From positions 740 through 64,739 of the forward strand of contig SVLY01000008.1 in the NCBI GenBank assembly GCA_015067715.1: 64,000 nucleotides of DNA. The letters run 5' to 3'. Position numbers and translations under genes: made by a program. The notes under the pieces were generated by a model. That model was not told the origin of the DNA and did no database searches. It saw only the letters and a list, made by a program, of their open reading frames with translations. Of the stretch, positions 56,249 to 63,500 are shown in pieces. The stretch is from Oscillospiraceae bacterium (lineage in GTDB: Bacteria > Bacillota > Clostridia > Oscillospirales > QAMX01). Position 1 is the stretch's first letter. Each line of letters opens with the position of its first letter.

Positions 56249-56899
56249 GTGAAGGAACATTTCACCGCAGAACAGCTTATCGCCCGTTTTTCTGAAAAGA
56301 ACCCCACTCTTGTTCCCCTTCTTCCCGTAATAAACGAGGCAGTTGAGGCCATCATCGCCTGCTACGAGCAGGGCGGCAGAGTTTTCTGCTGCGGCAACGG
56401 CGGCTCCAGCTCTGACTCTGCCCATATCGTCGGTGAGCTTTTGAAGGGCTTCCTCTGCGAGCGTCCCCAGTCCGACGAGATGAAGGCCCGTCTCTCCAAC
56501 CACGGTCCTCTCGGCCAGCTCATGGCCGAAAAGCTTCAGGGCTCTCTTGCCGGCATTGACCTCACCACCCAGCAGGCTATCATGTCCGCCGTGGCAAACG
56601 ATACCGATCCCGTTCTCATGTACGCCCAGCAGCTTTGGGGCCTCGGCAGAAAGGGTGACGTGCTTATCGGCATTTCCACCTCCGGCAACGCAAAGAACGT
56701 TCTTGCCGCCGGAATCGCCGCTGACATACTTGGCATGACCTCCATCTCCTTCACCGGAGAAAAGGGCGGCCTTATGGGCGAGAAGTTCAACATCGCAATC
56801 AAAGCCCCCTCCAACTGGACTCCCGAGGTTCAGGAATACCATATCGCCATCTACCACCTGCTCTGCGCTCTGGTTGAGGCACATTTCTTTGAAGAATAA
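56249..56899 (+). CDS. SIS-domain protein, GmhA/DiaA-like (phosphoheptose-isomerase family)
   Basis: VFCCGNGGSSSDSAHIVGEL, GISTSGNAKNV. GTG start 1 nt after the preceding stop. Confidence 0.75.
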   Translation: MKEHFTAEQLIARFSEKNPTLVPLLPVINEAVEAIIACYEQGGRVFCCGNGGSSSDSAHIVGELLKGFLCERPQSDEMKARLSNHGPLGQLMAEKLQGSLAGIDLTTQQAIMSAVANDTDPVLMYAQQLWGLGRKGDVLIGISTSGNAKNVLAAGIAADILGMTSISFTGEKGGLMGEKFNIAIKAPSNWTPEVQEYHIAIYHLLCALVEAHFFEE

Positions 56900-56922
56900 A
56901 ATTCAAATCAAATGAATAATCA

Positions 56923-56977
56923 AGGTCCCTTCCGCACAAACTCATTCCAGAGAAAACGGAAGGGACCTGATTTTTTT
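56923..56977 (+). terminator. intrinsic terminator that also contains the only SD-like sequence for the DUF378 gene
   Basis: 12-bp stem aggtcccttccg/cggaagggacct (56923..56934 and 56957..56968) followed by gaTTTTTTT. The ATG of the next gene is at 56980. Confidence 0.6.
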
Positions 56978-56979
56978 CT

Positions 56980-57183
56980 ATGACTATCTTTGACAGAATA
57001 GCACTGGCACTCGTGGTCGTCGGCGCACTGAACTGGGGACTGATCGGTATTTTCAAGTTTGACCTGGTTCAGGCGATCTTCGGAGACATGACAGCCTTTT
57101 CCCGCATTATCTTTGCCCTTGTGGGTCTGGCGGGACTTTGGTGTATCACTCTGATCTTCAGAAAAATGTGCAACCACGAGTAA
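56980..57183 (+). CDS. DUF378 small membrane protein
   Basis: MTIFDRIALALVVVGALNWGLIGIFKFDLV... is the typical DUF378 signature. Confidence 0.85.
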   Translation: MTIFDRIALALVVVGALNWGLIGIFKFDLVQAIFGDMTAFSRIIFALVGLAGLWCITLIFRKMCNHE

Positions 57184-57184
57184 A

Positions 57185-57227
57185 AGAAAAAACAAGACCG
57201 CGGAGCTCTCCGCGGTCTTGTTTTTTT
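57185..57227. terminator. bidirectional intrinsic terminator
   Basis: aaaaaacaagaccgcggag-ct-ctccgcggtcttgttttttt (14-bp arms, A-run and T-run). Confidence 0.8.
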
Positions 57228-57247
57228 AGGTTCGGTTTTAGTTAAAC

Positions 57248-58579
57248 TCAACTGAACAAGCCGGTCTCGGGATCGTAATAGGCAGGATCGTCTATGGTCC
57301 CGTCAAAGAGATCGTCCTTTGTAACGTAGATCATTCCGGGAGCTTTTTGAAACTGTGTGACTTTATCCCCCTCTTTCACCTCATAACGGTTCTCGTATTC
57401 CGTTATTCCCGCAGGGAAGAACTTGAATATCACGCCGTTTTCACTTTCGAAATAGGGTGAAAAGCCCACGTTATATTTCCCGTCAGCAAAGCTCTTGGAG
57501 ACGGCTAACTGCTTTCCGTTGCTCTCACGCAAAAAATGGAGCGATCCGCCGTCGTTGTCCGATGAGTTTTCAATAAAGTATTTTTCACCCTTATAGATCA
57601 GGTAATCACTGCCCGGGTACGCTGATCTGTACTCAATAGGATCAAAGCTCGTCTCTTCAAAGGAATCCATATCAACGAAAAACAGGTTGGGATAATCGCT
57701 AACGTAGATAATTCTGCTCAAGGGCAACACGTCACAGCCAAAAAACATAGGCTCAAGCCCGTACTTTTCCGCAACAGCGTCCACCATATAGGTATAATCC
57801 TCAACGGTATAGCTCCCGTCAGAAAGATCAAAGTTGTAAATAATACGGTTATCGTGAAGAATGCTTAAATTCTCTCCGTTAAATTCCGCAACATCCGAGC
57901 CGCTCGGAGCATAAGGATCCGGTACGGTGTAATTACAAAGAACGGTGAACTCACGCTTATCAAAGCTGAACGACAGTATCCAATGGTTATAGAGTACATC
58001 CTCTTCAATGAAATCACTCTGAGAGTACCCGTAAAAAATCAAGTACAGAGTATCATCCCTAAAGAAAACAGAGTCAATATCCGGTGACGGTGCGGCTATA
58101 TCGCCGACCGAGCCATCCCGGCATACAAGCTCGTCCAGGGGATATTCATAGACAGTTTCCACGATCCCGTCAAAACTGTAAACGATGATCTCTTTGGAAT
58201 CAATAATAAATATTCTGTCCTGCAATACAAAGACACGGTCAAAAGGATTAGCGGTTTTCAGCGCAAAACAGCTATCCTGATCTTCGTGGGTACAGGTAAG
58301 ATCAAAGCACAGAGGATATAAAAGCCCCGTCTCTTCGTTGAACATAACGCAGAATCTGTTGTTTCCGGCAGAAAGATCCCGGTCAGTACCGTAAAATTCA
58401 TCTTTAAAAACAGTCCTGATACTGCCGCCGGTAAACAGCTTATACTGCCAATTGCTTGCCCTGTGTCCGAAATAGTCAACGCCCCGAACAGAGTCGTAAG
58501 TATACTCTCCCCCGGCAGAGCAGGCAGAAAGCATAAACAAGGCACAGAGGATGAGCAAAAGATATCTGAGTCTTTTCAT
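57248..58579 (-). CDS. lipoprotein, beta-propeller-like (possibly DUF5050-type); paralog of the gene at 1..230
   Basis: MKRLRYLLLILCALFMLSAC lipobox. I chose the ATG at 58579 with a GGAGG RBS. Contains a Cys cluster PLCFDLTCTHEDQDSC. Confidence 0.75.
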   Translation of the reverse strand: MKRLRYLLLILCALFMLSACSAGGEYTYDSVRGVDYFGHRASNWQYKLFTGGSIRTVFKDEFYGTDRDLSAGNNRFCVMFNEETGLLYPLCFDLTCTHEDQDSCFALKTANPFDRVFVLQDRIFIIDSKEIIVYSFDGIVETVYEYPLDELVCRDGSVGDIAAPSPDIDSVFFRDDTLYLIFYGYSQSDFIEEDVLYNHWILSFSFDKREFTVLCNYTVPDPYAPSGSDVAEFNGENLSILHDNRIIYNFDLSDGSYTVEDYTYMVDAVAEKYGLEPMFFGCDVLPLSRIIYVSDYPNLFFVDMDSFEETSFDPIEYRSAYPGSDYLIYKGEKYFIENSSDNDGGSLHFLRESNGKQLAVSKSFADGKYNVGFSPYFESENGVIFKFFPAGITEYENRYEVKEGDKVTQFQKAPGMIYVTKDDLFDGTIDDPAYYDPETGLFS

Positions 58580-58644
58580 CGGCAAACCTCCGCATTGATT
58601 TGTATATTGAAGTAACCGCTGAACAGAAACATTTGAAATGAAAA

Positions 58645-59112
58645 TCATTTCATAGCCGGTTCACCGTTGGAAAGATACTTACTATAGGTGTAATTTGTAT
58701 TATTGCACCTTGTAGTAATTGTGTGGTTGGATTCAATACAAAAAACCTCCCCGGAAATATTATAAGAATTTACACTTGCGTCAACGGTTTCTCCATACTC
58801 TGTATCAGTCCGAACAACAGTTCGGTAGGTTGAAGATCCAGAAGTTGGATACACCCAGAATTTAGCACTTACATAGACAGTTGCAGTGGAACATTGATTG
58901 GAAGGATGATAAAGATGTGTGACGGCTGTTGAGATTCCGTTAGTTTCAATCTCACTTGCGTAAATAGCTTCAAAATCAACATTCTGGCAGCTACAACGGC
59001 CAAATTCGTCACACTCCTCAACTAATCCTGCGCTTGCAGGTATCGCAAGCACTGCGGAAAGTACCATAATGAGAACAAGAAGAGAAACCGAGATGCGTTT
59101 TGTGATTTTCAT
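58645..59112 (-). CDS. small secreted protein of unknown family (155 aa); paralog of 309..824
   Basis: MKITKRISVSLLVLIMVLSAVLAIPASA signal peptide. I chose the ATG at 59112 (GGAGAAAGGA upstream). Shares the YVSAKFW, IES.H and C-terminal GEPAMK motifs. Confidence 0.75.
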   Translation of the reverse strand: MKITKRISVSLLVLIMVLSAVLAIPASAGLVEECDEFGRCSCQNVDFEAIYASEIETNGISTAVTHLYHPSNQCSTATVYVSAKFWVYPTSGSSTYRTVVRTDTEYGETVDASVNSYNISGEVFCIESNHTITTRCNNTNYTYSKYLSNGEPAMK

Positions 59113-59375
59113 AGTTTTCCTTTCTCCCCGGGGATTTGCCGTCCGGGGTAACAGGAGGCTCAAAACTCCTGTTATTTAGCATTAAGTGCCGGCAAACAAA
59201 AAGCGACTGCCGATGTTTGAACGAAAGCAAAAGCTAAGCAAACATGAGTCAGTCACTATATAATAATGAAGATATTCTTAAGTCATACCAAACCTGGCCG
59301 TGAATAAGAAATAAATCTGACTCATGGCCGTCCGGCAACAAACGGGAAGAAATCACAAAGAAAGAACTGATCAAA

Positions 59376-59462
59376 TTACGTTGTTGATCCATCCCTTACG
59401 CCATACGCCCCGGCGGCATTAACGTATGGCGATATACTGTAAAAAGTTATAACAGTGTTCAT
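59376..59462 (-). CDS. candidate 28-codon leader ORF (MNTVITFYSISPYVNAAGAYGVRDGSTT)
   Basis: AGGAGG lies 11 nt upstream of the ATG at 59462, about 45 nt downstream of the promoter's -10 box. It is positionally equivalent to the 24-codon ORF of cassette copy 1. Confidence 0.25.
   Translation of the reverse strand: MNTVITFYSISPYVNAAGAYGVRDGSTT
59400..59430 (-). promoter_or_regulatory. leader hairpin (8-bp stem) followed by GGGATGGATC
   Basis: Minus strand reads gccatacg-(15 nt)-cgtatggc, then gtaaGGGATGGATC (plus-strand coordinates 59386..59395). Same relative position as hairpin 1027..1060 but with a different stem sequence. Confidence 0.45.
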
Positions 59463-59514
59463 AGTCGTCACTGCCTCCTAAGGTTAGATTTTTGCTGTTG
59501 TTTGTTACATCTAT

Positions 59515-59543
59515 ATAATAACACAGAGATAAAGCGCTGTCAA
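59515..59543 (-). promoter_or_regulatory. sigma-70-type promoter of cassette copy 2
   Basis: Minus strand reads TTGACA-17 nt-TATTAT. Confidence 0.5.
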
Positions 59544-59644
59544 CCCTTTAGAGACAGAAAGTTGTATATTTTATTTTTATAAGCTCATAACAAAAAATTA
59601 AAATAGAGTTGTGGCGCAAAGGATTTTGCCTTCCATCCCAAACG

Positions 59645-59759
59645 TTTCGGCGGGAGCAAGCCCCCGCCCTACGGTATGCGGTTTATCTGTTTGCCCGTAG
59701 GGACGCCCCTCCCGGGGCGTCCGGAAAACGTTGCCTTTGGCACGGTATTGCCGGAAGGG
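59645..59759. repeat. GC-rich multi-hairpin repeat, type A, copy 1
   Basis: tttcggcgggagcaagcccccgccctacggtatgcggtttatctgtttgcccgtagggacgcccctcccggggcgtccggaaaacgttgcc... Nearly identical to 60054..60169. Confidence 0.9.
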
Positions 59760-59870
59760 CTTACGGAATCCCCCCTACCCCTCACCCGGCAAGGGGGGCT
59801 TTTGCTACGATGAATGTGTGAAGCCTTCCCCTTTGTAGGGCGCGGTGAAGTCCTTCGGCCTTCGCCGCCA

Positions 59871-60000
59871 GGTGCCCCGCAGGGGCGGATGAGGTGAAGG
59901 CTGCCTTTGGCACAATGTCGAACAACGGCACATTGGCAACCTCCACCTCATCAATGTGCAAGCTCTGCTTGCTCGTAGCTTGTCCCCTAAAAGGGGAAGC
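59871..60000. repeat. GC-rich repeat, type B, copy 1
   Basis: ggtgccccgcaggggcgga ... ctccacctcatcaatgtgcaagctctgcttgctcgtagcttgtcccct..aggggaagcctt. Matches 60299..60432 but with a diverged middle. Confidence 0.85.
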
Positions 60001-60053
60001 CTTGGGCGTACACCATGTCCTTACACAGTTTGTAAACCGTGTGCCTTCACAGC

Positions 60054-60169
60054 ATTTCGGCGGGAGCAAGCCCCCGCCCTACGGTGTGCGGTTTATCTGT
60101 TTGCCCGTAGGGACGCCCCTCCCGGGGCGTCCGGAAAACGTTGCCATCGGCACGGTGTTGCCGGAAGGG
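60054..60169. repeat. GC-rich multi-hairpin repeat, type A, copy 2
   Basis: Same roughly 115-bp sequence as 59645..59759 with a handful of substitutions. Contains the hairpins ggcggg/cccgcc, ctacgg/ccgtag and ggacgcccc/ggggcgtcc. Confidence 0.9.
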
Positions 60170-60249
60170 GCAAACGGGATGATACGTTGGAACAAATTAA
60201 TATTGAATAATGAAGCCGCTTCGCTGATGAATAATGAATAATTGCGGTA

Positions 60250-60271
60250 GGGTCGATTCACGAATCGACCC
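60250..60271. repeat. 10-bp-arm palindrome
   Basis: gggtcgattc-ac-gaatcgaccc. Confidence 0.8.
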
Positions 60272-60298
60272 ATATATAAACCTCCCCCTCTCGGGGGA

Positions 60299-60432
60299 GG
60301 TGCCCCGCAGGGGCGGAGGGGGGCACGGAGGTCGCCTTTTGCACGATACCGAACCTTGGCGCCATCGCAAGCTCCACCTCATCAATGTGCAAGCTCTGCT
60401 TGCTCGTAGCTTGTCCCCTGCGAGGGGAAGCC
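60299..60432. repeat. GC-rich repeat, type B, copy 2
   Basis: See 59871..60000. The 3' 48 nt is nearly identical between the two copies. Confidence 0.85.
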
Positions 60433-60496
60433 TTATTTGTCGGCTTTATTTGTTTTTTCTCCGACGGTCCCCGATACGCCATTAACCCCATCTACG

Positions 60497-60544
60497 CAAA
60501 ATAAAACTGTGGCCCCCCCCGTGAAGAAGGTGCCACAGTTTTTT
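60497..60544 (-). terminator. intrinsic terminator of the LRR/CWB2 gene
   Basis: Minus strand reads actgtggc-(18 nt)-gccacagt followed by TTTTATTTT, starting right after the TGA stop. Confidence 0.6.
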
Positions 60545-63500
60545 TCACTTTACGATGATCTGATCTCCGGCCGTCATGGAGAAGATCTCTTTTACCACCT
60601 TGTCCGAGATAAGTCCGCTGCCGCCCAGTACCGCGCCGGAGGTTATGCCGTTGGCAGAGGTATAGCCCTTTGCGATGCTCTGCTTACCGTTGGCCGTGAG
60701 GATCAGCGGCGCGTTCAAGCTGTAAGCAAGGCTTCCGCCGGAGAGACCGTCGGGGAAGTTAAGTCCGTAGACCAAAACTGCAGAGTCTGCTCCGCCAAAG
60801 AAGGTCTTTGCTATCTCAACACTGGTCTGATATCTGTCTGCTCCGGAAAGTCTTGTGACAGAGCCGTAGGCCTTCAGCGCAGACTCAATTTTCGCATTAA
60901 CGGCGTTGGTTCCGCCGATAACGTAGATCTTTCCACCGTTGGCTGTGGAGAGAAGCTCCTTCTGGGCAGAGGTAAGGCTGTCTTTAACCAGAAGTACGGG
61001 CTTGTTCACCGCAGAGGCCGAAAGTCCGTCCGCAAAGTCCTTTCCGGTGCAGACGAGTATGTCCTCACCCGCAATACCTGCCTCACGCAGGATCGCAAGG
61101 TTGGTATCGTATCTGGTCGCACCCGCAAGCCGCTTTACGTTAAAGCCATCAAGACCGGTCTCCATTGCCCTGGGCACAGCCTTCTCTCCGCCAAGCAGAT
61201 ACACCGTTCCGCCGGCGGCAAGGTTTTCTCTGATGTATTCTTTCACGGAATTCAGGGTCTTGCTGTTGTTTTTAACAAGAAGCATGGGGGCACCCTTGCG
61301 GTTTGCAAGATAGCTTCCCGAAAGCGCATCTGCAAAATCCTCGCCCGAGGCAACCACAATGCAGTCGAACTTCTCTATTCCCCGAAGCTCCTTGATATAA
61401 TCCGCCGTGTCAAAGGCGGTGTCGTATCGGGTTGAGCCGAACACACGGGTGGGAAGCAAAGATGAAATGTGTGAATTAAACTTTATATCCACAGATGAGA
61501 GCGGGTCGTTGTCACCCTTTATTTCTATCTTTTCCCAGTCTTCTTCCGAGCCAGTATAGAGAACCTTTTCAAGATTTTCACAGCCCGAGAAAACCTCCGC
61601 GCCAATGGCTGTCACCGTTTCCGGTATGACAACAGCGGTAAGCGAACTGCAGCCTTTGAAAGCCCCGTCGCCTATCTCCGTAACGCTTTCAGGAATTACG
61701 ATGTTTTTCAGCTTACTGCAATCCTCAAAGGTTCCCTCTCCAATTTCTGCCACTGTTTCAGGAAGCTTAACACTTTCTATGCTCTCACATTTTGCAAAAG
61801 CACTCTCTCCTATCTCTTCCACAGTGTCCGGTATGATAACCCCCTCAAGTCCACTACAGCCGTAGAAGGCATACTTGCCAATTGAAAGCAAACCTGTCGG
61901 CATAGCTCTCACCATACGGAACATACTGTAAGTCACCGGAGCAGACCCCTCAGGAAGGCTGATGTTCTCAATGTTGTCACAGCCATAGAAAGCGTAATCG
62001 CCAACTGTTGTGACCCCTGTTTCAATAATTACAGACTTTATCCTATCCCTGTATCCGTACCAGGGAGCTTCACCGGAAGCGTAGTCGGTCATGGCGCCGG
62101 TGCCGGAGACCGTAACAGTTCCGGTTTTGTCAAGTGTCCAGGTCAGTCCTTCACCACACTCACCGCTTGCGATAATAAACGACTCGATGACAGTATTATA
62201 ATGTCTGGTTGCATTGACAAGCTTGTCGTTATCCAACATAATACTGACGTTCATCCAGTCTTCTGCAGTACCTTCATAGTACAAATCCGTAAACGCCGTG
62301 CATCCGCTGAACGCAGATACGCCCACGAAAATCAGATCCTTAGGAACCGTCACAGCTCTAAGATTTTTACATCCGTCAAAGGTAAATCCGTTGATAAATT
62401 TTGTACCCTTGGGGAAAGAGACACTCTCAAGAGACGTACATCCTGCAAAGGCATATGCACCGAAGGACGTGGCGCTGTCAGGAATTGATACAGAGGTCAG
62501 TGCCGTGCAGTTCTCAAAGGCATACCCGCCAACAGAACTCACTCCTTCCGCAATGATAACGGACTTTATTTTTGCCCTGTCCGCATACCACGGTGCGCCG
62601 CCGCTTCCGGAAATGACCACAGATGCCGCACCCGAAACAGTCAGCGTTCCGTCAGCATCCAGCGTCCATACGAAGTCCACCTGATCACCGGAGTCATCCT
62701 GATCACCGGAATCATCCTCTTCTTCGGAGCCTGTGGAGTTATAGTGAACGGTAGCATCTGAAAGGAATTGGTTGTAGTCTTCAATAACTATCTTGTTCCA
62801 CTGAGCCTCTGTTCCGCTGTAATAAATATTCTTAAGACTTGAACAGTTTGCAAATGCACCGGTACCGATAGCTGTCACACTTGCCGGGATGGTTACGCTT
62901 GTCATTTCTTCACAGCTGCTGAACAACCATGCGCTTATATATGTCAGTCTGTCCGGAATCGTGATGCTTGTAAGGCTGCTGCAATCATCAAATGCATAGT
63001 CGCCGATACTCGTCACGCTGTCCGGGATCGTGATGCTTGTAAGGCTGCTGCAATCTCTAAATGCCCAGTTGCCGATACTCGTTACGCTGTCCGGAATCGT
63101 GATGCTTGTAAGGCTGCTGCAACCACAAAATGCAGAGTAGCCGATACTCGTCACGCTGTCCGGAATCGTGATGCTTGTAAGGCTGCTGCAATGTCCAAAT
63201 GTATTTTCTTCTATCTCCGTTACGCCATCCGGGATTTTGATGCTTGTAAGGCTATTGCACCACCAAAATGCATCGCTGCCGATACTCGTCACGCTGTCCG
63301 GGATCGTGATGCTTGTAAGATTGCTACAACCATAAAATACATAGCTGCCAATACTCGTCACGCTGTCCGGGAGCGTGATGCTTGTAAGGCTGCTGCAAAC
63401 ATTAAATGCAGCGCTGCCGATACTCGTCACGCTGTCCGGGAGCGTGATGCTTGTAAGGCTGCTGCAAACATTAAATGCAGCGCTGCCGATACTCGTCACA

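Noticed and set aside
55219-56884. 378-aa and 221-aa minus-strand ORFs
   Set aside because: These are Gly/Ala/Val-rich shadows. The plus-strand genes have a consensus promoter, RBSs and recognisable SIS motifs.
59609-60491. Seven overlapping 62-115-aa ORFs on both strands
   Set aside because: All are translations of the duplicated GC-rich repeats A and B. The same peptides recur in different frames and strands, and there are no RBSs.
60437-61435. 332-aa plus-strand ORF
   Set aside because: This is an antisense shadow of the CWB2 region of the surface-protein gene.
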